A stretch of 55,059 nt of DNA, filler included, from Dirinaria sp. TL-2023a (taxonomy: Eukaryota): NCBI GenBank assembly GCA_051941275.1. It is 3 parts of 3 records of this genome, joined end to end, with 100 filler letters (N's around TTAATTAATTAA, not from the genome) between each part and the next. Parts side by side here need not be neighbours in the genome. Positions count along the whole stretch, not along the records: positions 1 to 18,348 come from JAVEBF010000388.1; 2 more parts are not named here. One strand, given 5' to 3'. Position numbers and translations under genes: made by a program. A model generated the notes under the pieces. It saw only the letters and a list, made by a program, of their open reading frames with translations, did no database searches and was not told the origin of the DNA. Below are positions 1-11,555 of this stretch, one piece after another (positions within the stretch are counted from its first letter, which is position 1; every line of letters begins with the position of its first letter).

Positions 1-279
1 CCAGAAGTTGCTCAGATCGAGGAGGCTCATCGTCCAATTAGCAAAGCTTTCGGAAGGTAGGATCGACCGGTGCATTGGCGCTTGATGCATATTCGCGCGG
101 CAGTAAAAAGTCTAACTGCTTCCTAGAGACCTGCCTTAGACGCGTCATTTGAGCCATAAGTACCGGCGCTCTCTGCTTAATGCATGAGTGACATCGGAGC
201 CAAAGCTTGTGTCGAGACATGTGACACTATTACAATGTTGCTTTAGTACGGCCGAAGTCGTTTAAAATAATAAAGTAAG

Positions 280-3010
280 TCGGTCGATCCGGACTGATGA
301 AGTCAATATTTTAGAAAACCGCGGCCTGATTGGAACCATAGGTAGCCAACTAAGGCAAAGAGGTACCGGAATGGAAATCTTCCCGGAGAACACCCCAGAA
401 ACGAATGGTCTGATGCATACGGAGTCGGTCTCCGCGCGATTATTTGGTTATCCGCTGCGTGCAGAGCCACGGCTTGCTACGGTCGTAAAGTAGATTGTTT
501 CAGCTAATAATTCTGTCCCCTGAACTCACATGCCGGTTGCTCAGCAACCAGCATTATCGATATCTTTCTTACCGGATCATTTTCCATCTGAAATATCGAT
601 GTAACTTAGAAAGTCAAAATTGTTAAAGCATTTGCGCAAGCCTCGGTGAATGCATCTCAAAGTTAGCTGGAGAGAAACTTGTCGGAGTTTTATGGTGCTT
701 TGCGACTGGTAGACTGGTACGAGTATTCCTTCATCTTTCTTTTCCGAAATGGATCGGCATGACATCAGCATCAGCGACACACACGTTCCAGGGTGATACC
801 AGGTTCATTGTTCGCCTTCCTGGTCGCATGCGGTCCTCGAGAAACTCGGAATGGCATAAATCCCCCTAGTAATTTTTAGACTTCTGGTCCGCATCTGGAG
901 TGGATTTTCTTACTTGTGAAAGGAATTCCCATTAACCATGCTTACCTTTCCCATGTTGTGCTAACGATCTCTCAAGCAACACCGTGCAGTGCGCTTATCT
1001 TATACTAAGAGGGGAAATTGTAGATTCGGGACTGGATAGGTACCCGTGAATGTCCTATGCTGCTCGCTGCTTGGGAGGCCAGTGATAGGTAGAATAATTA
1101 CACTGTGGCTCAGCGACTTGTTCTCCGAGAGCAACTCTCCTGTCTCCTTGCTGTTGGCTTTTCTTCTGAGTGCTGCGAAAGACCTTCGAACTCGCGAACG
1201 ACTCAGTCAGTCAACAGGTTATTTCTTGCCTCCTCCCTGCCCTGTAATCGAGGTTCGAGATGGAGTTGATAATACGTCATGTTTTCACCTATCTCGTGCC
1301 TAGAGCTAGCTGATGCTGTAGCGAACCTCGAATATCTTGCGATTGGCTACGACGGATACAGTTTTTGCAAGTGCCGTCTCAACGATGCCTCGGTCAGGTG
1401 CTGTACTCTCGAACCATGGTTTTGCGATCGATCGCTTCAACACGTTCCCTCGGTTCACCTTCAGCACATCAGCTTCTCGCCCAGGCTTCGAGACACAGAA
1501 GTCAGTCTCGCCTAAAACTTCGCCGCATTTCAGAATTTGCCACGATGAGCGTCTATAGATCTTCAGGACGTTTTGGTGGTCTCGCGTATCGGCGAATAGC
1601 AGAATTGTTGCGTAGGCGATCTCAGCATATCTTGAGTCAGAGCATCCCTTGAAGGGCTTCTTTGAATGTATCAGAGGCTTCTAGCTTGAGGAAGTGTCTT
1701 GCTAGCAACTTTATTAATTCGATTGAATGACTGCCGTGATCATGTCAGAATTGCCCATTGGGTGATGGGTTTACTCGAGGAATTTCTGAGGGGCGAAGAA
1801 TTCAGGTCATCGTATGAGTGATTGTTCACCTGAGGTACCAGGATGATAAAGCTTGCCGCTATGGACGATTCCCCGTAGGACCGCGAAGTCTTGCTCTCTG
1901 CTTAGCTGACTTTGGCAGCTTTCTAAACTTGAGCGCAGCCGGCCTTTCGTTGGCTTCGTGCTCGCTTTACGACCAATCCCACTTCCCCATCATCGAAACC
2001 GGAAGACATCTCGTATCAATGTAATTCTGTCAATTTTTATCAAAGCGAAACTGTTTCCCAAAAAAAGAAAAAGAAGAGTTTCGGAATTGGTCAGTTCACA
2101 AATTGAAAGAAGATCATATAGATCGACATTTATAAACTAGCAGAGGAGAATGTAAAAACGCTTCCAATGAACCAGATCGGTAGGAAGGAAAGTAGTTGTA
2201 TTTCCTAAAAAAGACTTTCAATCCAGTACACTGAAAATTGCTTTCTGTTCTGTAGACGCGGGCGCCTTCCCTAGCTGGATCCCAGAGTCCTGACTGTCTT
2301 ATAGACCAACGTCAGCAAAGTCGACTCGATCTTCATCCTCGTCCGGAGCGAGAAAAGCGACGGCCGGCCGTGGCCGACGGAACGTTTGGCGCAGCTTCGA
2401 ACTACACATATAATTTGCTGACTCTAGCGTTGAGACAGCGCCGCTGAAGTAAACAATCCCCTTTCAATAAGCGCCATCTCTCAATATTTGCGTCTTTCAC
2501 TAATTTCAAGAACGATTTTCGTACCTCGACCAAAGTAATGAAAAGGCTCAGAATCTCAAAACGATCTAGCGAGGCTGATAAATCATAAAAATTTCCAAAA
2601 CACGAAATCATTTCCCTCGGAAATGTTATCAGCGATACCGTTCACCACAGAAATACTATATAGATATCACGAGCTCAATGAAACTCTCTCTGATGCCAGT
2701 GGCAGAACATGATCCGTTTCACATTCGGATTTTAGAAATTTCCTCTGAGATCTGATTTTAGCGCTATCAATCTGTTGAACGATATCCAAGTGCATCTTTG
2801 CCCGTTGCGTCGAATTTTTGCAGGGAGCCTGAAAGGGTTACGCTCGAACGTCTAATGAGAAAAGAGGGCGAAAAGCTGCCCGCAAAACATACATACTTTA
2901 TTTGCCCAGATTACGCACCTATCCCCATATGAATTCAACTGAAACCATAGCAACCAAGATATTCAGCAAGGTAAAACTGGATTATCACAGAGAGAGAGGG
3001 GTGGGGAGGG
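280..3010 (+). mobile_element. Highly degenerate Ty1/copia-like LTR retrotransposon pol relic (integrase-RT-RNase H order) ending in a polypurine tract
   Basis: Manual translation across frameshifts and stops gives weak motif echoes in copia order and roughly copia spacing: IRTD...LRQRGTGMEIFPENTPETNGL (~285-415, cf. integrase RTD...TPEQNG), HQL (~1465), VYR...FGGL (~1550-1585), IAHWVMGLL (~1750, cf. Y/WVDDLL), FYQS (~2035), FLKKT/LSIQY (~2200-2230), VHHRN/YIDI (~2640-2670, cf. HHxRTKHIDI). Purine run at 2989-3010. No intact ORF. Each motif alone is weak. Confidence 0.45.
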
Positions 3011-4561
3011 TTTCTGAATATCATCCTCCAAACTTATCTTTTTTTTTGATCTCTTTTTTTTCTACTGCATCTTATTCTTAGATCTTGTATCCGTCCTTTT
3101 CCATTGTGACGCACATCTGGATTATATATGCATGATAGCTCGGCCAGCAGAACTTTGCGGAACGATTGTCTGGTACGAGTACAAAAGATAAGAAAAATTC
3201 GCGTTCGTCAATTGAGTTGACAGCAATGGGAAACTATGCAGCGGTTGCCGATCCGGACGAGGATGGAGATCGAAAAGTGATACTATGGAATGTATTCACG
3301 AACATTATTGCAGACAGCTTCGTCTGCATCTGGAATTGGATCTGTATTTGTTAATTAGAGATTCGTGATCTGTGATGTGTCGTCTTGATTGTATTATGAT
3401 TGCAGCCCTTAGCACCCTGACTTTAGTCCAGAAGCTTTTGTTTTTTTAACACATCACAGGGTTTGGCAAATATATATAAAATGTTCATGCGTGCTCAGTT
3501 GAATTGATCATTTGAAAGGTGCAGCCTCCAGACATGATTATTACACTGCGTTATTAGGATCGACTACCTACTTTATGAGGCACCTGGGTACATATTGACG
3601 CTGTTGGGGCCTGCGGAGCCTTTACCCGATTAGGCCTAGTTTATCTCCTGCTGGTATGCTTCTTGTCGCTCACACTTCGCCAACATTTAATGCTTTTTTT
3701 TTCTTGTAGGTGATCGACAGGATTTGAGGACATCGCTCTCATACAGTTAATATACTGCTAAGCGAAGCATGTATCGCCTGACTTTATTGGTGGCCCAGGA
3801 AAGAGTCGGCCCGAGTGACTGAACCCTGCATGAAGTAGTAGGTACCGGTACATGCTTTACCTTATGATACCCGCGCATGGCTACCATTTCCGCCAAATTC
3901 TGGGGTAGCATATGTAGCCAGTAATTAGTATGCTGCACGATCATCAACACTTGAGGAGAATCTGCACAAAAGTTGTCTTAGTAAGGGTCTAGCCTTGGGA
4001 TTCAAGTAAATTGGGAGACCCTTGCATGTCAAAAAACCGAAAGTCTCCGCATTAATATCCTACCCCTTGGAACGTGCATCATCGAGTGGCATATTTTTAC
4101 GTAAAAAACAAAAGAAAAAAACGTCTTTAGCGGGGTCCACATTTTTTCGATGCCGTCAATTTGATGGCATTGAGCTGCAGCATGGCATTTCTCTTCAGCA
4201 TTCAGGTGAAGAAGCTCCCCTCGCGTGGGGTGCCCGAGCTATCATAGGTAGCCGCAGGTCCCCCTGGGCAGGATCCCGCCGAATACCAGAGGCTGTCGGA
4301 GTTGTCAATCAAATTCGTTCAGACTACCTTGTCTTCTTATCTCAACATGAGGCAGTCAATTGAATATAGATATAGCTATGATATTTACGACAATACTTTT
4401 GTGGTTCCCGCGGTGTGGGACTGGGCGATGCTTCCCCTCGTTCCTTAATTCATTCTTTTTTGACAGAAATTTGAGCTTCATAGGAGGCCTTCGAGTATAG
4501 GACGGTCGCCACCTACCATCAAACCCGGACTTACCTTAAGAAGAGCACATAACCTGCGATA

Positions 4562-6191
4562 TCATAGGTCGTGAAGGGGTTGCAGAATCAAATTGCATCG
4601 CAACCCATGCGGCACGCTATCCATGGTCCCCGTCTGCCACATTGCCTGGGGGGTCATTGTGCTACTATCCAGCTCGATGTCGTATCGCAGACACAGACAC
4701 GCTACCAGCAGATGGATCTCCATTGTCGCGAAAGCCTTTCCCAGGCACATCCGTGCACCATAGCCGAATGGAATGAACGAGCGTTCCATGTGCTGAAGCT
4801 GGCTGGGAGAAAGATCAAGCCATCGCCGAGGACTGAACACCTCGGGGGAAGGGAAAATACTCTCGTCCTGATGAAGGGCAATCGTCGACGCTGAGGCTCG
4901 CACCTGAAAACAAACGTCAGGCGCAATGCTGAATGGTGGCGAGGAAGAGTCAAGGGAGGTCACGAGACGAAGAAAACTGGAGACGAACCCCTTGAGGGAG
5001 AAATATCCCGTTGTACTCCTTTCCTCCTTCTGGGACATACCTCTCCTGCCGTCCGCTGGCCCCTGGATTAACACGATGAACCTCACGAATGAATGCTTCA
5101 AATAGCGGAGCTGTTTCGATTGCCGCAAGTGATGGAAACCCATCTTCCTGCGTCGGTAGTGCTTGTAGCTCTTCTCGGATCATTGCCTGCCAGTCGCGAT
5201 GAACACCAAGGTGATAGGTGACATATACAAGTGCTACTGCAACGGTTTCCTGGGCCGCATTGAGATGGTCGAACAACTCTGATGCTATGTAGTTTACGTC
5301 AAGCGATTGTTCGTCCTTGCCTTTGACAGCGAGCATTCGAGCCAGTAAAGAATGATCTTTCGCTACCTCCTTGTCCGCCATTGCCTCACTCAAGGTCTTC
5401 CAATTCCACTCCGCCAGATCATGTTCCGCAGAAAGAGAGGCTCGGAAGCCATCTGGAAACACAGTTCTGGTAAGGATAGAACCACTGACGACGATAGGGA
5501 AATTAAATTTCAATGGACCCCATAGCTGCGCCTGTTTCATCTGGAGTAGTAGTCGGCGTTCTTCGCGGTCAGTCTCCAGCGTGTTTGCAGAATGTCGTGG
5601 TCCGTACAAAAGCTGAGAGATGTTGTCAAACGCGAAGCAATTGAAGATGGGATACATCATAATCGTGCTGGAATCGGCCTTCTCTTGACGTCTTATGCTA
5701 ATCTGATGCAAAAGCCGGTGCACTCGTTCACGCACAAATTGCTCGACCACAGGCTTCTGAATGGTCGTCCTATGATAGAAGTTTGATATCAACATCCGCT
5801 TCTGCTGGTGTTCCCAATATGGACCGATCGAGAATAAAGCGCGCGCTCCGTATGCCATGAAATTGTCAAAGAAGTCACTTTTGATGTATTTCCCTTTGGT
5901 GCCATAAATTTCTCTCATCAGAAGAGGACTTGCGAGGGATACTTCCCCCGGCCGTATGCAAATGACTGGGCCATATTTCTTGTGCCATTCGGCGATCTTA
6001 TCATTCCTCTTGAGCCGTACGTCGAAATAGCTAATGTAGTACCATGAGAGCTTGCACCCAACGGGGCCTGGTACGTGGGAGAGTGGAGCGAAGCGAAGCG
6101 GATGTACGATGAATACATAGATGCATAGTAGCAAAACCACGGCCACAATGCTCTGCTCGAAACCCCCCAAAAATTCGTTTACGACAGCCAT
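4562..6191 (-). CDS. Cytochrome P450 monooxygenase (~514 aa, 2 exons; intron 4904-4988)
   Basis: N-terminal membrane anchor then PLSHVPGP; I-helix DHLNAAQET; K-helix EVHR (ExxR); PERF-like FSPRRW; heme motif FGYGARMCLG. A GT...AG intron joins ORFs 4950..6212 and 4562..5143 in frame. Confidence 0.96.
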
Positions 6192-7714
6192 CTGAACAGG
6201 CTGCAAGGTCACAGAGGCGGTTGACGAACAAGACGAGACTCCAGGACACCGGGGGCAGCTGAAGACTTATACGATTGATGCTCCATGGGTCGCAAAAGGG
6301 CGGGGAAACCACGACATCGCAGTAGCTGGCGTGCATCGGGACCCACATTGTGGAGGACGACATGGCCGTTCGCTTTTAGCCGGGGAGGAAGTTGTCACCC
6401 AGCTGGGTCGTAATTTGATCAGCAGCCCAGGTGGCGATGACAAGCTTAACAACAACAACCGACACCGAAAAGGCGTGATGCAGCCATATGTGCATGCAAG
6501 GACCCATGCCATCACACATGAATCCAAAGAGGAGTGAGTAGCTTGAGGTACCGTACACAGGGCCACCCACAAATATCATCGCCGTAAGAAGCTGTGCTGG
6601 CCAAAGTGTACGGAGTACTCCGTACCTGTAATAACCTTAGTACTGTAGTCGACGACCTAGCTTTGGCGTTCCCCTCGCTACCTTAGCTAGCCAGGACCCA
6701 GGTCAGGCAGCTTAACCTTTTGAATACACATATATACGGTATGTAACTTAGGGTAATCCAGGTAATTTACCTAATGACGTGGTCCTCCGTATTGGGTCAG
6801 AATCGAGGTACATGACGAAAAACGCCAAGACCTGTGCCCTGCATCAAGTCCTTTCCCCTTGAGGATGAGGGGATGAGGGGGAGAGTGAAGTGCCTTTTGG
6901 CCTTGTGACGAGTGAATTTAATATCCATGATGGAGTAATAATAGATACCTACCTAGACCTTAGGTAAAGTACATTACTTAATGTACCTTACCTTGTTGGC
7001 TCTCCACACTGTTGCCACTGGTCGTCTTAAGGTTCCTTGGGTATTGACACCGACATAGTCCGGGGTCTAGGTCTAGATCCAAGTGTGGGGGACTCCAACG
7101 CAGGGCATGAGAATAACACTGAATTTTTTGATTTTTTTTTTGGTTCCCTCTAATGTGCTTGAGAGAGTTCTGCCACCAAGTAGCTTAGCTGACCTCCGCG
7201 GCTTTCGCAAATCTGTCGAACGGGGCCGGATGCAAGCCGCTCCAATAAGTGTGTTGAGGAGCTTGCAGAAGCCCCGATCCAAGTGTACTTCCACATTCTT
7301 ATCAGCTTCGATAATTCAACGGCATCTGCAAGTGGGGATTCCGACGTCGGACTGGGGTGTCCATCCACTCGTGAGGACCATGCCTGTGGAATAAATACCC
7401 GAGAACCATCTCTCAAGGTACATGTACCTTGGAGCTTTGAACAGCAACAGACGGCCAGATGACGTGATCCAGGTAACAAGATAACGCAACGAGGCCAGGT
7501 GCTGGCGACATCTCTTCTCATTCTTGCCCCATTGCTGGCTCATGATTGATCTCTGGGCTTCCTTTGGTCTTGGACTCTGCGGCAAAACTGACAGTGGACA
7601 CAAGCTCCATTCCAGTTCGGCTTAGTCTTCACTGGCCCCGCCGTGACACGGTGTGCATTCAAGGAAGACACAACTTCGTAGATCCTTTCTTCGCATTGGG
7701 AGTCAGAACGCCAA
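6192..7714. promoter_or_regulatory. Shared divergent promoter region of the P450 and MATE genes
   Basis: Head-to-head start codons at 6191 (-) and 7715 (+); contains the perfect 18-bp palindrome GTACGGAGTACTCCGTAC (6608-6625) and GCTAGCCAGG (6686-6695). Confidence 0.6.
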
Positions 7715-9850
7715 ATGGCTTCCCAACCTGAAATGGCTTCCCAGCCTCAAACATTCAATGGCATCGTCGGTGCTGCACCAGCTGATGACACCTGGACCTC
7801 GCCTCTGCTTCCTGGCAATACGATTGCTGCTTCGTCGTATGTCGAGCCGAACACATTCCCATCCGCATACCTAGAGACGCGAACAACTCTCTCGAGGGAA
7901 ATAAAAGCCTTGGCCAAAAGCTCGGTTCGTCTATCCCAAGTACGTGCTTAGTGCGCCTTCGACTTAGCTCATACACAGGCACCGTTGGTCTTAGCCTTCC
8001 TGCTTCAGTACTCCATGAACATCACAGCGTTGGTATGGCACCACCTCTCACCCGGCCTTGATGCTAGAAGAATAATGGTGGACATAGTTTTTCGTCGGTC
8101 ACTTAGGAAAGGAAGCACTTGCTGCGTGCTCTTTGGCAACAATGTCCGCAAATCGTTGGTTCAAACGCTCCCTGCCTCCAGACTTCGTCTAACACTTCGC
8201 TGGTAGTAACGGTAATTCAACCATCAAGGTTTCCCAAGAAGCAGAGCTGTTCTAAGTCCGACGAGTGCTCTCGGCTGACTAATCTTGGTCGCAGGGTTAT
8301 GCTTTCTATCAAGGCTTTACAACCGCACTTGATACATTATGCGCTCAAGCTTGGGGATCGGGTCGAAAGCATGATCTCGGCGTGTACCTTCAACGATGCG
8401 TTTGTCTTCTAATGCTAGCGACTTTGGGCATCGGTGTCATTTGGGGTTTCAGTCCACAAATCTTGTCACGGATAGTGCCGGAAACCGAGGTAGCGTTGAT
8501 GGCAGGACAATACCTAAGAATCCTCTTACTTGGAGCGTAGGTCGACCGATCTTCCACCATTCAAAACATGTTTGGAGAAAGACTGCCGATGAGCGCTGAC
8601 GATCAGGATGAACAGACCAGGCTATGCGCTTTTCGAAGCCGGAAAGAAATTCGTCCAATGCCAAGGCATATACCATGCTGGTACGACTATTCTTTTAGCT
8701 TTAGTACCACTGAACGCTGTGATGACATATGTTCTTGTTTGGCATAAGAGCATAGGGTACGAGATCTTCCATTGCATCAATGATCCCTTTAGTCATACAT
8801 AACATCCGATTGCTGATGCCCAGACTGAGTAGGATAGGTTTGCTTGGTGCGGCGATAAGCATAGCGATAAGTAGTCAGTCCGGCGTTCCTGACTCAGTCC
8901 TCAGTGCCGACATGGGATTTCTACCAAGAAATTAGGTCCAGAGCTAACCTTGGTTCGCAATGCATAGATTGGCTTATGCCGCTCTCCCTGGTCCTCTATA
9001 TCCGTTTCATCAGAGGAGATGAAGGATGGAATGGTTTCACGAAAAGCGCATTCCGTGATTGGCGTCCAATGCTTCGACTGGCTGTTCCTGGTATTGTCAT
9101 GATCGAGGCCGAGTTTTTCGCATTCGAACTCCTCACCCTTTTCGCCTCATACTTTGGTACACGAGCCTTAGCCGCGCAAGCTGTCCTTGCCACACTGTCA
9201 AGCTTGTTGTATCAAGTCCCATTTGCCATTGGCATTGCATCATGTATGCGTGTCGGGCATTATGCCGGAGGAGGGTTTTGTAAAAGCGCCAAGATCTCAT
9301 CAAAGGCTGCGCTGGTGCTTGGGACCATTATCGGTGTGCTGAATTGCGCAGTGTTGATACTGGCTCGAGAGCACATTGGATTCTTTTTTACCGACGACAC
9401 AGACGTTATCAGTAAGTCTTTGTCCTTGTTGTGCATGAGAATCGTTAAAACTTCGCTAAGATGCGGACATCATAGAACTCGTTGGTCGCGTTGTGCCTGT
9501 TTTGGCTCTTTTTCAGATCGCCGATGTGCTTGCTTCGGTCAGTGGCGGAATAATTCGAGGTCAAGGACGGCAATATATGTAAGTCGAGTCTGGCGATCAG
9601 TCTTCACCTAGAAATTAATGTACTCTCCAGATCTAGCTACATCCAGATCCCCGCTTATTACGTGGTCGCGATGCCCGTGAGTCTGGGCTCAGCGTTCCTG
9701 CTGCACTGGGAAGTGACGGGTCTCTGGGTGGGTGTAGCATTGGCGTTGATTCTCGTCGCGGCATCACAAAGTCTGGTAGTCTTCATGACCAGGTGGGACA
9801 GGGTGATCGAAGACGCATATATAAGGACGAGAACGGACGAAACGAACTGA
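7715..9850 (+). CDS. MATE family multidrug/toxin efflux transporter (about 10 exons, including a 5-nt micro-exon)
   Basis: Spliced translation gives MATE motifs: FVGHLGKEALAA, YQGFTTALDTLCAQAWG, LRLAVPGIVMIEAEFFAFE, LAAQ, RVGHYAGGG, GIIRGQGRQ, GLWVG. All inferred introns are GT-AG. Confidence 0.95.
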
Positions 9851-11555
9851 TAAGAAAAGGCGGATAAGCAAGATAAGGAACATAAGGTTCACATTATTGA
9901 AAGTCCGGGCCAAAGTCATGTACGCCAAGACTAGGTAAATGTCATTCAGGGTGACTACCTCCGTACAGGTAGGGTTGTGTACACAGGCTTCGCAGAGAAC
10001 AGCTGCACCCTTGGGTAGGTGGTCAGTTGGCTCGTTTGGGAGATAATATTAGGTGGTCCCTCGGGCGACTTTCGATTGATCCTACCTGTGGCATTGACCT
10101 GCTAGCCAGGTTTTATGGTGCAGGCTCTCCGTAATTCATGTATTGTCAGCTTCAACGACACCATGAATCCTGGCTAGCGCGGTCAAAAACGCTACAGGAA
10201 CTGTCAACTGAAAGTCGCCCGGCGAACCACCTGATAGTAGTAGGTACATTATCACTCGAATGCGCCCACTTGCTACCTAGGGTACAGCTGTACTCTGCAA
10301 AGCTTACCTATAGTCACCTGAACGACTGGTCTTGGAGTACCTAACGCTAGCCAGGACTCACCTTACCTTATAGCGTGGTCGTCCGTATGCACAATGATGA
10401 GATTATCGGGGTGATCAACTGGATGCAAGTCAACGTGCAAATACGGAGTGCTGTACAATCGGATGCGGAATACCCCTCATGTAGGCTAGTCTCTATTGGG
10501 ACTAACATCGTCATCCGTACTTAGTGCAGTGCTTCTTTGGGGAGTCGAAATTTTAGAGCCAATGACGCCCGTATGTAGGTACCTACCTACCGTACCTACA
10601 GCAGCTCCTCGGGACGAATGAGAGAGTCTACCTACATTTTCACTTTTAAAATGTTTCAAATCAGTCTCTGTAAAATGTCATATATATAGAATCTGGACTG
10701 GTGTAGACGATCATGCTACAATCTAGCCAGCCAGAGCGCGAAATCCCACCTACACCAGGCCTTCTACGAGCGCTCTCATGCCCTAAGAAGGCCTTTTCCT
10801 GTATAGCATCCCTTCATCATGGCAATCCCTTGAGGTGGTCTCGTGTGGCACTACTACGGCTGAATCTCACCTCTCATAGATAACATTACTGTAGTATGCA
10901 ATGACGATAATAGCTGAGCACATGACTACTTTAGGACTAGTGGTGATGTCAAAGGATTGACGTGCACGAGCCAGCCGATTTCCCCCCGATGGGCCCTAAT
11001 ATTAGCCTTCCATATTAAGGACCGAGGAACCCCTGAGGTCGTCGCTCGGATCTCAACCAATATTTCTTTCCCACTCTAATTACATATACGGAGTATTCAA
11101 CTGACTGATTCATGTATTGGCAAAAATGTAATGAAGCAAGATGATACGAGGGGGAGACAATGCTCCACAGCATGCCACAGCTCAACTCTACGAGAACCCA
11201 GACGGGAAGTCACGAAGCAGATCACGGTCGTGGCCGAGGGGCCATGATAGGCTGAATCAGGAAATTATATATGGCAATTAGACTGATACCTGATTCGTTG
11301 CATGCAGGGGCTACAGAAAGGGGAATGATCGGGGCTGATCCAAGGAGACAAGAAATACTTCAGCCTCCTGAGCCCACTTCTCAAATGTTTCCTTCGAAGT
11401 ATTTCGTGCTTTGAGCCCACATCCAGCATTTCAAGTGGTGCCTAGAGAAATGCCATTCTTTGCTTCCTACCATAATCTGTCCAGTATCGAGACCTGCGCT
11501 TAGCGCCCGTTCTATCCGTTTGCCACATAGAGAACGAGGCGAGTCTGCAGCTACG

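Noticed and set aside
38..1690. Several minus-strand open stretches in one frame suggesting a pseudogene
   Set aside because: No recognisable domain, stop density only modestly below random, and the plus strand is better explained as a copia relic.
3166..3354. 62-aa ORF ending in a Trp/Cys-rich tail, considered as a peptide or pheromone precursor
   Set aside because: Non-ATG start, no CaaX box, no repeats or signal peptide; lies in the putative LTR.
6213..6579. Short ORFs upstream of the P450, considered as a RiPP precursor
   Set aside because: No signal peptide, no Kex2-delimited core repeats and no DUF3328/UstYa gene nearby; the region reads as promoter/UTR.
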